NCBI RefSeq assembly: GCF_009914755.1
Contig: NC_060926.1
Origin: the human T2T-CHM13v2.0 reference genome, Homo sapiens
Reading direction: 5' to 3' (one strand)
DNA: 64,000 nucleotides
Position 1 is the stretch's first letter; every line of letters begins with the position of its first letter. Below the pieces are notes generated by a model, which saw only the letters and a program-made list of their open reading frames with translations, made no database searches and was not told the DNA's origin. Of this stretch, positions 1 to 15,864 are shown piece after piece. The position numbers and the translations under genes are program-made.

Positions 1-439
1 TTTGTGACTTAATATGTTCTTTTAAAAATTGTACTGTATTAACAGTTTGGTAGGAAAGCAATAGAATTACATTGTTAAAGAGTGTTAACATAAAGAAGGA
101 AGAAACTGTAATTCCCCTATTACCGTTTTATGTTTTTTTCCAGTCATTTTCCGGATGTTTAAAAATATGTACTATTAGATTGCTTTTAAAGAAAAATTTT
201 AATTTTGGATAAGCCAACATTTCTGAGTCTAGGGTTTCCAAAACTAAGGCTTTTGGAGGCGTGCTGGGTCAAAAATAGAAGCTCGGTAAATACTTGCTCA
301 GTAGTGGCCTAGAACACTAAATATAAATTTAAAATGTTTTCTTTTTTTGAGGATTTAAATGTTTCCTTAACCTGAAAGCGAAACAGATTTTTGTTTGTTT
401 TGCTGTAACGAGAGAGGAAGGAACAAGAGAGTGACAGGG

Positions 440-1110
<671 letters not shown>

Positions 1111-1899
1111 CGACGTTTTGAAACTACCATTTAGGATTTTGGCTACTGAAAATTGGGAGAAATGGGGCTAACTGGAGGGTCTTCCTTATGTGGACTTGGA
1201 TGTTGTAGTCCCCGTTTGTAATGCCTGAGAATTCCGATAAGCGGGAAGAAAGCAGCCCACAGCATCGTAAATTAAGGAGAAAAAAAATTAATCTACAACC
1301 TGAATTCTGCTGTCTAGAGTAAAAGGAAAAAAAGTTAGCTTTAGATTTTTGCCCTAATTAATGCTGTTCTGGTAACAGGTTTGGCAGAGAGAGACACAGG
1401 TTTTTATAGCTTCAAACCAGATCATACTTTACATAATTTAAATTCCTTCATCTTGCTTTTTCTCTTTAATAATGTGTGTTTGACATGTTGTCATGGTATT
1501 ACAAAGATATGTACCTCACTCTTTTTTATGGCTCTGTATATATGGGCCTATGAGCTCCATATTATTGCCATTAAAACCTATGTAACAGCGCGTAAAGGGG
1601 ACGCATGTGTAGTATGAAATTTTGAAAGCTATTAGTACTTTAACATTGCCCTCCAAAAAATGTTGATCCACTTTGTACTCCTACCAGTAGGAACGGTCTT
1701 CTAACAGAGAAGATTATAGCAAAAAATAAAATCTCTTCTTAATTCCCATTCCCTTGTTTATTATAAGATTAAGTATTTTAGGCTCTCAAAGGTGGAAGAA
1801 ACTTTATGGGTTGGACAGATTATATAGGTGTATATGTTATATGTATATCTTACGACTTTCAACCTAGGTTTTCATACTTTGCTTCCCTTTGTTTCTTAA

Positions 1900-2394
1900 A
1901 GGGGTTTTATATTGTGTTACGTATAAGTAATCCAGAGATGACTTAAAGTATACAGGAGGATGTGCATAGGTTATATGCAGATACAGGTATACCTCATACA
2001 TATTGTAGGGTTGGTTCTAGACCACGACAATAAAACGAGTCACATGACTTTTTTAGTTTCCCAGTGTATACCTAAGTTATGTTTATACTATTCTGTAGTT
2101 TATTAAGTGTACAGTAGTAGTGTCTAAAAAGCAATATATGTACCTTAATTTAAAATACTTTATTGCTAAAAAATGGTAACACAGAGACACAAAGTGAGCA
2201 CATGCAGAATTGCTACAGACCTTCAGTTTGTAAAAATAAAATGCAATAAATCTGTGAAGCACAATAGACCGAAGTACAGTGAAACGAAGTGTGCCTGTAC
2301 TACACCATTTATATGAGAGACTTGAGCATCCATGAATTTCAGTATCCAGGAGAGTCCTTGGAACCAATCCCCTACAGATATTGAGGGATGACTG
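1900..2394 (+). mobile_element. MER2-like Tigger DNA transposon fragment, interrupted by a Tigger1 derivative
   Basis: gtatacaggaggatgtgcataggttatatgca...ggaaccaatcccctacagatattgagggatgactg matches the recalled MER2 3' half; it is continuous once 1984-2299 is removed. Confidence 0.7.
1984..2297 (-). mobile_element. Internally deleted Tigger1 with both TIRs and TA target duplication
   Basis: TA|caggtatacctc...gaagtgtgcctg|TA; both ends match the Tigger1 TIR CAGGCATACCTC. Confidence 0.75.
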
Positions 2395-2746
2395 CAAATA
2401 TAACATACTAGTGTTTATGGCTTGAATCTGTGAAATTAACATTTATGCTTCATACTTAGGTATAAAACATAGTATCATGGTTAGAGCAGAAATAAGGAAC
2501 CTAAAAGTTAGGCTAATGGCTTGGTCTTTTATATTGAAGAACCAATTTCATGTGACAATTGGATCAAAGGGAAAATTAATCCAGTCATATATGTAGAATA
2601 TAGCAAAGGACTGCCAGTATTTATCTGACTTTAGTCTTAACATTTAGAATATCAACCTGGCATTAAAAAGAAATATAACCTTCTTTCATTTCCTTTATAT
2701 AATTAATAACATTACAACACAGTGAACAATTTTTATATCACAGTAA

Positions 2747-3271
<525 letters not shown>

Positions 3272-4689
3272 TAATTGGACATGCTTGAGATAGACAGAAG
3301 GGAAAATATTCTTTTGTAATTCACTTCTTTGATATATCACCTTGGAAGTGAATTTTTCTCCCAAGAAAAACTGAGAAAGACCTAAAGGTTTTTTATGGAA
3401 GGGCTGTAATTATTCCAGTTGTCTCTTATTATGGATATCATCAGAAGTGAATATTAAATTGTGGGTTGTGATTTCTGAAGGACCACAAGCCATATCATCT
3501 TTAAGTTTACATCCTTAGGGCCAAGGATACTGCCTGCATGAGAGATACTCAGTAGATGTTTGGTGAATGAGTGAAGTCAAAGGACACTATGCAGAGGCCT
3601 GTGCTTCAGTACCAGCTGCTGTCTGCTCTTCCAAGTGATGAAATGTTGGATTTCAAGTCCCTCTAATGTAAAACTCTTTGTTAGCTAGTGGCTTAGCTAA
3701 TTCAGATTCTTATGTAATTGGTACAACTTGACTCCCACTGTCCTTTTATAATTTATTAACTGGGAGAAGTTTTATCCTCTGCCATTGGATGAAAACATGA
3801 GGTTTTGTTCACTTTTTGATAATAGAGAGTCCACACAATCACTTTAAGTCATAAAAACAGTCTTGATTCAGGCACCTATCTGACTGACATTCAGTCTTTA
3901 AACCTGCTGTTGGAATCTGTTCATTTAGTTTTGATACCAAGTTTGATAATTTTGTTAGAGAATATCTGTATTTACTGACACTTCAGGCTTTGTTCATAGG
4001 TAAGACCTATCTTTCTCCCCCCAGTTAGTTTTTTCTATAGAAATTCTGACAAAGTCCTTTTTGATTTCCAAACTATAACTCTGTGGAGTAAGTTTTAAAA
4101 CTCTAAATAATTTTTGGTCACCATTTTGAAATTCTGCAAGATAGTCATGAAACTATGTTGGAAATATTTACCATATTGTAATGCGTCTTAACAGTTCCAA
4201 GTAAAGATCTTATGAAACATAGATAATTCAAATATCTGTGTCTAAGTTGAGCTTTGATGTCTCTTATAGTAGAATTGACAGGTTTGTATTGTCCTGTTTC
4301 ATTTGTTCATCCACTTAATGTTGAGTGCCTTACTATGGGCCAGGCACTCTGCTGAGCTCTGAAGCCGCTATCTAAATAGGATTTGATGCTACTCACAGCT
4401 CATTATTCAGATGGAATGCAATGTGGAAGTGCTTTCCTAGAGGTGTTAAGGTGCAGAGTGAACTTAGAGGAGGCAACAGCCAACTTTAGTAAGGCTAGAA
4501 AAGGTTTTACAGAAGTGATTTGTGCCCCTTAAAAGGATGTTTTGGGAAGACAGTGTCAAGGATGAGCTTGTGCTTGGGAACTACAGTTAATTTTTTTGTG
4601 GCTGGATCATATTGCGTTTGGCAAAGTGATCAGAGATAAGTCTGGACCTTTAAGAGCCAGTGTACAGAAGAGCTAACAGTATTACTAAG

Positions 4690-4850
4690 AAAGTGGTTTG
4701 GGCATCAGTATCAGCATCACTGGAGAACTTGATAGAAATGCAAATTCTCAGGCACCCCCTCAGAGTACATAATCTCTGGGAGTAGGGCCTAGGAATTTGT
4801 ATTTTAACTAGCTCTCCAGGTGATATCTCTGCATCTGGAAATTAGAACGG
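4690..4850. mobile_element. MER5-like hAT element
   Basis: cagcatcactggagaacttgatagaaatgcaaattctcaggc...ctctccaggtgat typical of MER5A. Confidence 0.6.
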
Positions 4851-5265
4851 CACTCTTAGCCATGCTACAGCGTATGTATTTTGATGGTCTTGTGTAGCGA
4901 CAGCTGGAGTTGTTCTAAGTGGGAGGTTTTTAATGATCAAATGTGCATTTTAGAAACATCATTTCTTCATACTGCTTCCCTATTCTGGGGAGATGAGATT
5001 GGAGTATTCAACTCAAACCCTACTAGAAAGCTCTAATTATTAAGACCAGGAGCAAATAGCAAAAAATAGAAGGAGGCGATAGAAGGTAATCACTTAAGAA
5101 AAATTGAGCTTTCTTTCTATATTCCTACTAATATCTTAGATGATGGGAAAGAGCTGTGTTTCCTAACCTTACACTTGGTTATTCTATATGACAGATAGCA
5201 GTTCAGTGATTTTTATATATGTGTATATACGTATCCCATAAGGCATATCTACCTCTGTACATTAA

Positions 5266-5597
<332 letters not shown>

Positions 5598-5696
5598 TAA
5601 TGAAGCTGAAAGTGTTCTGGTGCTTGGAGGAGTGTTGTAATGAATTGACTTCATTTCATGAACTAAGTGATCTTTTTAAATTTCTTCCCTCTGCCT

Positions 5697-5726
5697 CCAT
5701 CCATCCATCCATCCATCCATCCATCC
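5697..5726. repeat. (CCAT)n microsatellite
   Basis: About 7 perfect units. Confidence 0.9.
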
Positions 5727-5954
5727 TGTTATCATATTACTAATGTTTGTTAATACAAGTTAATTGGAATATGTAAATTGCTGTGGAAATTAATGTTTGC
5801 TTCCATAGTTTCTATACAACATAATACTTTTTACTGGCAAAATCAATTCTGCTTTGAATGTTCATAATTTCTCAGTTATCTTCGTCATATAAATAATTAC
5901 TAGTATGTTACAGTTTTAAAAGTTTATGTGAAATTATTAAAAGATTTTTTTAAA

Positions 5955-6257
5955 TTATTTTTTATTATTTTTTGAGACAGAGTCTTGCCGTGTTGCCCAG
6001 GCTGGAGTGTAGTGGTAGCATGATCTTGGCTCACTGCAACCTCCACCTCCCAGGTTCAAGCAATTCTTGTGCCTTAGTCTCCCTTGTAGCTGGGTTTACA
6101 GGCGTGCAGCATCACGCCTGGCTAATTTTTGTATTTTTAGTAGTGACAGGGTTTCACCATGTTGGCCAGGCTACTCTCGAACTCCTGGCCTCAAGTGATC
6201 TGCCTGCCTTGGCCTCCCAAAGTGCCGGGATTACAGGTGTGAGCCACCTCACCTGGC
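5955..6257 (-). mobile_element. Alu (AluS-like)
   Basis: Full-length reverse Alu. Confidence 0.9.
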
Positions 6258-6417
6258 AGAGTTTTTAAAAACATTATTAATGGAGGAAGTATTGTTATTT
6301 AGAGGCCCTGAGTGCCATTTTACATGAGTTTCTATGAGAAGTTACTACTTTTTATTCGTTAATTCTTTAAATAATTTTTTTCTTACTAGTAGGAATATAA
6401 TTCTAAATTATAAGATA

Positions 6418-6718
6418 GGGCAGGGTACGGTGACTAATGCCTGTAATTCCAATACTTTGAGAAGCCAAGGCAGGAGGATCCTTTGAGGCCAGGAGTCGAG
6501 ACTAGGCTGGGCAACTTATGGAGACCTCATCTCTATAAAAAATTTAAAAGCTAGCCGAGTATGGTGGTGTGCACCTGTAGTCTCAGCTGCTGAAGAGGCT
6601 GAGCTAGGAGGATTGCTTGAGCCCAGGAGGTCGAGGTTTCAGTCTACTTGTGATCACGCCTCTGCACCTCTAGCCTAGGCAATAGAGTGAAGCCCTGTCT
6701 CAAAAAAGAAAAAAAAAA
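6418..6718 (+). mobile_element. Alu (AluJ-like)
   Basis: Dimeric Alu with A-tail; TSD aaattata(a/g)gat. Confidence 0.9.
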
Positions 6719-6955
6719 TTATAGGATTCTACCTTCTGTGGAATTTTGGTAGATCATACTGCTTGAAATAGGTTTCTCGGGCTTGCAAATTTTTTTAATC
6801 CAACTATGATTTTTGCAATAAAATTAGTGTAAAAACTGTGGGAATGAAAAAGAATAGTACATTTTTGTCTTTCGTTTCCCATTAAGTTTTAAATTTCTGT
6901 TAAAAATGTACTCTGTGGCTTCTCTAATTTAAAAAGTGTAAAAAATGTATTTTGA

Positions 6956-7204
<249 letters not shown>

Positions 7205-8674
7205 TAATCTTAACTTTATAACTTTGAGGAAATCCTAAAAACAGACTCCTCACAAAGCCTTAAAAACACTCTTCACATTCCATAAGGAATGTTAACATAA
7301 CCTCTTCAGATTCCTTAACGTAACTTCTAATTGCATGAAAAGATTTTTTAAAAATCTCTTCCCCATGGTTATTATTTACTACTTCCCTTCCCGCTAGTTA
7401 TGCTTAGGAAGAATCTGAGTTTTGCTAATAGCTTTTGTCAGCCAACTATTTGCTATAGACTTTCAGTGTGTTATCTTAAATTTTTCTGTGTAGAAGTACA
7501 AATGTTGACTTGTTCGTGTTAGAGATTCAACCTTAATCCATTCTTGTCAGTAGCTTCAACTGAGCCTAGAACTGGAAAAGGAAGGGCCTTAGTTATCCAT
7601 CAAAATGTGTAAATCAACCCATGTTGAGAGCTTTTTAGTTTTGTTAGTAAAAAGTTGACTTGCCCCAAATTAATCTCAGATGTTAAGATTAAAGTGTTAA
7701 ATGTAAATATTGAATATTTAAGATAGCTAGATTAAAATTTAGGTAAATATTTTTCTAATCCTTGTATCACGAAAGACTTTATAAGTATAAAAGAAATAGA
7801 AGTTACCACATGGGGAAAATGGATAGTGTTGTATAAAGTTTTATCTATTGAAATGCAAAAACAGTGAGATACTCTTTGTTACTTACCTGATTGGCAAACC
7901 TTTTAAACATATCTTTTATCATCAGTTTATATACTGCTGGTAGGAAAAAAATGTACCATATTTCTGTGAATAATTTTGACAAAATGCCAAGCATCTTAAA
8001 ATTTTTTATGTTCTTTGATTTTGGTATTTCAACTTTGGGTTGTTTGCCTTAGATTTACAGGCAAATTTTGTGAACAAAGACGTTTGTTGTTTACCTCTTT
8101 ATGCTCCATACTTTGAACAGTTGCTGGGACATGGTGGTCAGTAAATAGTTGTTGAACTAAAAAACAATTAGAAATAAATTTGATATTCCACAAGAGGGAA
8201 ATGATACGTATACATGATGGAATATAGTACAGCTATTACAGGCGACATTTTAAAAGAATTTTTAATGAGATTGGGACATTTTGGAGAATGATCTTTTATC
8301 TAAAAAAAAAAATGTAAGAAGTAATTTGCCATATCACTACAGTGATTACTATTGGATAGTAGTGTTTTTGTAGATTTTACATAATGACTTTTTAAAACGT
8401 GATCAGTGATAAAACCAGCAACATTAGACTAAAAACAAAATTCTGTGCTTGTTATTCACTTCAAGATGACTTTTTCTGATTCTCAAACTTTGTGCAAATT
8501 TGTATGTGTTTATTATTATAAAGTTTAACTTAATAGAACCTTTGTTTCATTTCCAATTATTGTCATAACAGATGTTTTTTAGCAAATTTATTTCATATTG
8601 TTGTTGTTTTATTTGTGTAGCTTCACTAGTTTTTCTTTAATTTGGTTTCGGTCTTCACTTTCAAATCAGCTTAT

Positions 8675-8734
8675 ATTGAATCTGACTTAGTAAATGCAGT
8701 TGCCGATTGAATCTGATTTAGTAAATGCAGTTGC
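8675..8734. repeat. 31-bp tandem duplication
   Basis: attgaatctga(c/t)ttagtaaatgcagttgc at 8675 and 8706. Confidence 0.9.
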
Positions 8735-9119
8735 TATGCATTAAACTTTCAGGAGATGCTTCTTTGAATTGCACAGATGAAATTTTAGGTCAGAAAATTT
8801 CCAGGAAGTAGTTAAATATATTTCAGAAGTAGCAAAACAAATAGGATTATAGTTATTTGATGTGCACATTCTACATTCTTTGCTCCCTTGAAGGAACATT
8901 TTACATTTTTAAAGAAGATAAATGGTTATGATATAGAAATACCAGTAAAGCAGAGGAATACCTACATTAGATTTATCGATAGAATACTCATAGCCAACAT
9001 TGAGTGTTACCTCACTTGGGAATAAATTAGAGTGGATTAGAAATATATAAAATGATTTAAAAATCTGAGCCTGTTTTGAAGCTCTTTTTTTTTCCTTTTT
9101 ATTTAATTACTATTTATCT

Positions 9120-9600
<481 letters not shown>

Positions 9601-9629
9601 TCAAAAGGCATAATTTTTTCAACAGAATC

Positions 9630-9819
9630 TTTTCCCAAGTTATATCACACATTAAAAATAAAAATAGTCATAATTCCTGATAATATTTTTACTAGTTTCA
9701 GGTTTTTGTAAGGAGATATTTATTTTTCCCAAGTTATATCACACATTAAAAATAAAAATAGTCATAATTCCTGATAATATTTTTACTAGTTTCAGGTTTT
9801 TGTAGGGAGATATTTATTT
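9630..9819. repeat. 94-bp near-perfect tandem duplication
   Basis: Unit ttttcccaagttatatcacac...ggagatatttat repeated at +94; single mismatch (9711 A vs 9805 G). Confidence 0.95.
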
Positions 9820-10089
9820 ACATATTCTTCCAATTCTCTCATCAACAATTGAAAACCTAGATACGACTTGCTTTTTTGACTTGACAGAGTTGTATATATT
9901 TCTAAGGAAACGTAAGTGTATCTTTGTCTAATTACCATATGTAATGAACTTGCAACAAATCTAGTTAAAATCCAAAAGATGATCTATCAGAGCTATTGTG
10001 TTACTTCTAATGGGTATTATTGAAATAGATGTAGAAGGCATAATTGCTTTATAACTGCTTTGTGTACTGTCTTACAATATTCCATGTAA

Positions 10090-10290
<201 letters not shown>

Positions 10291-10420
10291 CCGCCATGGA
10301 TGCAGCAGCCTGAAACTTGAGAGCGAAAGTGAGATAAATGTCAAAGGTGTTTCAAGCCAGACATTTTCACAATTGTGAAGAAATAGATGTTTTGTTTCTG
10401 TTTTTTACTGTGTTCCCAAA

Positions 10421-10430
10421 ATTAAATAAA
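10421..10430 (+). terminator. MRPL44: Proximal poly(A) signal of MRPL44 (overlapping ATTAAA/AATAAA)
   Basis: attaaataaa about 130 nt after the stop, followed by GU/U-rich gtgtttttggttttgttttt. Confidence 0.7.
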
Positions 10431-10470
10431 TGTTAACCAAGTCACAGTGTTTTTGGTTTTGTTTTTCTGA

Positions 10471-10788
<318 letters not shown>

Positions 10789-10942
10789 AGATCAAATCTT
10801 TTTTTGACATTTTTGCAAAAAAATTTTCCTAATGTTCTTGATTTAATTGTATAGAATTTGTATAATTAGGTGTATTTTATTTGCGTCTAGCTTTGAGGTA
10901 TCATAATTTATGTATCTTATGTGAATTTTTTGCTGTAATACC

Positions 10943-10948
10943 AATAAA
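10943..10948 (+). terminator. MRPL44: Distal poly(A) signal of MRPL44
   Basis: AATAAA preceded by several TGTA motifs, downstream of the 3'UTR Alu. Confidence 0.7.
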
Positions 10949-11583
10949 GTTTTTTTTCTCCACATGTTAACATTGCATTTTAATTTGATATACCCAGTAA
11001 TGGCAGGAGGTTGATGAACTTCGCTTCTGTAATACAATTTTAACTAAAATAGTAATGTTAAAACTCTTTGGGAAATGCATAGTACAGATTATAAGTAGGC
11101 AGCTATTTACATGATCCCTAAATTCTAAGTTTAAAATTATGTATACTTCTAGTATGTTTCTTATTCAATTTCTATTATAAATAGCAGGAAAAGGCAAATT
11201 TATGCTTTTCAGAAATTGCCTTTTCTAAGAAGTTGAAACTCAAAAACAGCTTAAAATGTTAATGGTGAAGGGAAAATAAAGCCAGTATTAGTTCAATTTA
11301 GTATTCTAGTCATAATAATAGTATGTACCAAGCAGTGTTGTAAGTATTGGAACACATTTAATTCAGTAGAGAGGTTTTGGTTTTCTAATCCTTTGTGGTC
11401 AGTTCAATAATCCCCTAACTGCAAATTCCTTTTGATTTATCATTTGTTAAAAACTTTGGCAACAGTAATTTTTAGTTTGAGTCTTCCATTAGTCACTCCC
11501 AGGGGTTAACAAGAATAGCAGGACCTACGAGTTGAGAATAGAAAAGAGGTAAAATGTTAAAACCAACAGTACATTTGCCATGA

Positions 11584-11879
<296 letters not shown>

Positions 11880-12062
11880 TGACATTTTTTTATAAAGAAA
11901 GATGAAGGAACTTTGAAATGCCTTTCCTGAGCCTGGCTAGGAAAGTGGAACTTGAGTTATCTTACAGGGTTTATAGCTCCCAAAGGTAAAGCAGAGACTT
12001 TTTGGAGGGGAAAATTTGAAAAATTAACTAGTTGACTGAATTGGCAGGTTAAAAGTGAGTTA

Positions 12063-12483
12063 AAGTTGACCCTCGAACAACGTGGGTTCGAATTGTGCAG
12101 ATCAGTATATATATGCAGATTTTCTTCTGCTTCTGCCAACGTGAGACAGCAAGACCATCCCCCTTTTCCTCCTCCTCTTTAGCCTACTCAGCGTGAAGAC
12201 AAGGATGAAGACCTTTTTGATCATCCGTGTCCACTTAATGAATAGTAAATATATTTTCTTTGATTTCTTTAATATTTTTAGCTTTGTTGTAAGAATAAGG
12301 TTTATAATCTATATAATAAAATATGTGTTAATTGATTATTTATTAATATATCATCAGTAAGGCTTCCAGTCAGCCATAGGTTATTAGGAGTTAAGTTTTT
12401 GGGAAGTTTAAAGTTAATATACAGATTTACTGCTACATGAGGGGTCAACATCCCTAATCCCTGCATTGTTCAAGGGTCAACTA
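12063..12483 (+). mobile_element. Tigger2a/MER28-like DNA transposon
   Basis: TIRs agttgaccctcgaacaacgt...gcattgttcaagggtcaact, flanked by TA. Confidence 0.8.
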
Positions 12484-12799
12484 TATTTTACCTTTTTTTC
12501 AGAGTTAACTTCAACTCCTAGTAATGGAACACAAGGATAGAGGACCAAAACCAGTGGTAAAATGCCATTTATATGTGTTACTCACAAGTAAACATGATTT
12601 GATAAGCATCTCATTGGCACTGTAGGAGAAAAGAGATTATATGACAAACTTTTCTGGAAAGCAAAAGACATGTCTTCTGACCACTTATCCAGCATCTGTG
12701 AGATGGCAGAATCTAGCTGTGGTATGATTCTAATTTTTTTTAAGGTAAACATTAAGAAAGTCTAGGGAATTCATTTGCAAACCCAGTAATCCTTTTCTT

Positions 12800-12836
12800 C
12801 CCCCTCCCCACCCCCCCCCCCCCCCCCCCCCCCCCC
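12800..12836. repeat. Poly(C) tract (C26 at 12811-12836)
   Basis: Seen directly. Confidence 0.95.
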
Positions 12837-14809
12837 GCTAAATAGTGCTGATTGTGCGTTCCCAAATTTCTCCTGCTCAGGGGAGTTTGCAGGACCTTAC
12901 CCTGCAAGCTTAGAGGGGAACTATCCTTTTAGGTTTTCAAACTTTTAAACTTTGAATGCTTCCAAATTTACATGTGGGACAAGTCTGGCTCTAGTTCATA
13001 AAACTACTTTGCAAGTAGAGATCCATATGCCTTATGTAGAATGTAATTTCAACATATTTCTAAGTAAAGCCTTCTTTGAACTTAAATTGTTGTACTTTTT
13101 AAAAGCACCCTCTAAAATAGGGTAGAAATGTAGAAAATTTAGAAAAATTGACATACATTTTCAATTGCATATCAAATATAGCTTGAAATTTGGAACCAGT
13201 CTCTGAGTAGCTATTTGTCCTATGAGCCTAACTGCATAAGTATGATATGTGGGTAGAAGGAACATGTGGGTACAAGAATGTCATCAAATGGTGCATGTGA
13301 CCAAGAGCATTCAGTGACCATGTGAAGGACTAGCTCTTTGACTAATGCCTCGTCCATGTTGAGAAGACAGTCATAAGACTGGAAGCACTGACATTTGAAT
13401 TTAGGTTCACACCAGAGGAAGACATTAGTCATTTACTTTGAAATTCTGACTTTTTCCACCTTTTCCCACTCTCCAGTTCCCTGTGCCCAAAGTATAATTG
13501 TACCAAAAAAATCCTCTAGCCAAAAATGTAACATTAATGTCTACAGACTTAATTACATAACCCCTATTCTTTTAAATTCATACTCTTTATTATATGCATA
13601 TGTATAATGAGGAATATTTTTCTCAAAGTGTTGTATGTGGTCACAAGAAAGTAAACTGGAAACTAACACTAAACTCCAAGTAAGAATGGAACAAATTGGA
13701 GCTTTTTGTGTTCAGAGCTGTACTGATTTTGGCCACAAGATGGTGCTGTAATCCTATTGCACAATTTAGTATGTGAATTGGCCATTATGGGGAACCTATT
13801 TTCTACCGATACAGGAAAGATTATGTCTATATGGCACAGGATTACCATGAAATATGACTTTTCAAGGCCCCTTTCGGCTCTAATATTCCATGAATACTTC
13901 TTCAGGAGCCAGCTCACCTTGTTCTTCCCTCGCCTTTGGATGTTACAAGAATTTGATGTATGAACAATTCACCTGAGATGTGAAGGTATGGATTTTTGAG
14001 CTCTTTTCTATTCACCGGAAAGAAGGAAGAGTGCAGGGCTGCCATAGATAAAACTTTTAGAAGACCTTTTTGCAGGCCTCTTCTTGGTGTTTCTTTCTTC
14101 CTACTTCCTTTTGTTGATAGGAGAAGATGCACTGCGGAGGCAAGGGAATCCTGTGTCCATCGGGACAGTTCCTGAAGCCAGACGTAGACAGTCTTCCCAT
14201 CAGGGTGGCCAGCTCACAGCAGCCCTCAGCAGAGGGGTATGCACTGAGGATGCTCAGCTGCCAGCATGCTGCCCACGTTCTTCATCCTAAGCCCACTTTG
14301 TTTTTCTTCCCCTCAGTTCATCCCTGTTCCATTTCCCCGAGCCTTAGTTTGCAAAGTCCCTCAACTATTGTCCTCTGGGACCTAGAGTCTCTTAACTTTG
14401 GTTGAGTATCAGAGCACTTACTTGAAAGCCATGGTTCTCTCTGTATAATACCAAGAATGATTGCTAGATCTAATCCCATCATGCAAACTAATAACAATTT
14501 TTCCTGGAACTTATACAATCAAAAATCACAATCACACATGCTCCTGAAAAAAGAAAGCTGTTTTGGCATTGGTGGTCTTTGTGCTTTCCATGACTATTTG
14601 TTGTTCATTTATCTGCCTGCCTATTAGTGTTTACTAATACAGAAGACTAATGGTTTAAGAAAACTTTCTGGGAGAAAAACAATTGGGAAAGTTGAAAACA
14701 TTAACTTATTCCTTCTTCAATTGAGGAAGAACGAAATTACTTGATTATTCAGAGGAGTTCAAGGAGTATCTTTTCACCTGAGCTGTTGTGTATTAAAATT
14801 GCAAATGAA

Positions 14810-14925
14810 GGCCTGGCATGGAGACTTATGCTTGTAATCTCAGCACTTTGGGAGGCCAAGGTAAGAGGATTGCTTGAGCTCAGGAGTGAGACCAGCTGTG
14901 ATGCATAGCAAGACCCTGTCCCTAT
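14810..14925 (+). mobile_element. Alu monomer (FLAM-like)
   Basis: ggcctggcatgg...cagcactttgggaggccaagg...agaccctgtc. Confidence 0.75.
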
Positions 14926-15352
14926 TTTATTTTTCAAATTTCAAATGAACTCAGTTTGTTCTATTCTGATCCTCTTTTTTGCAGAAGACATGAGTAAAGA
15001 GGTCATTGACAGAGAAGGATATTTCCGAGAGGGGAAGAGTTTGACTTTCTGACAATGTTTCCTGTACATAAACTATTGATGTCAGCATCTTCACATGAAG
15101 ACATATCAGTAAGGGCCAGGAGACGTTTAGCAATAGACTTACACAGTTAATAAGACAAATCTAGTAAAAAAAAAAAAAAAAAAAATCAGCTGAGCGTCAT
15201 CAGATGAACTGACTTGACAGTGATGTTCATGAGGCTCCTGGCAGTCCGCCACCAGGACTCAATTCTTGGTCCTGGGATTTTTTTATTGTTTTTTGTCTAG
15301 GAAGGATAGGCATGGAGGCCCGCCATTCTTCACTTTACCTTTGGCAAGAGAT

Positions 15353-15864
15353 TATAAACTTCAGATGAAGGGGGTATAGCACTAAGAAATTTAAAATTTC
15401 ATTTTCATTTTGCCACCTAATAATTTTTTTTTTTTTAAGAGATAGGGTCTCAGTAGGTTGCCCAGGCTGGTCTCAAACCCTTGGGCCTCCCAAAGTATTG
15501 GGATTATAGGAGTGAGCCACTGCACCAGGCCCCTAATAATAATGTTATCTGCAAACATTAACAATGTACTTGGTGTGAAGAACGGTGATTTCTTATCTTG
15601 CAAATTTCTCATTTAAATCACACCATCTCTATTTTTATCTTCAAGATTCAAGAGAGGGTCAAGGTGGGATCATAAACTTAGATGAAGGAGGTATGGCACC
15701 AAGAAATCAAAAATTTCACTTCCATTTTGCTACCTAATAATAATTTTATCTGAAAACACTAACAATGCATTTGGTGTGATGAAGAACAGCTATTTCTCAT
15801 TTTGCAAATTTCTCATTTAAATCACATCTCTCTTTTTCTTCAAGATTTAAGAGATGGTCGAAGG
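15353..15864. repeat. Diverged ~195-bp tandem duplication; copy A carries an Alu monomer (15425-15531), copy B has the empty site
   Basis: ataaactt..agatgaagg.ggtat.gcac at 15354 and 15672; TSD cctaataat at 15416 and 15532; single cctaataat at 15733. Confidence 0.88.
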
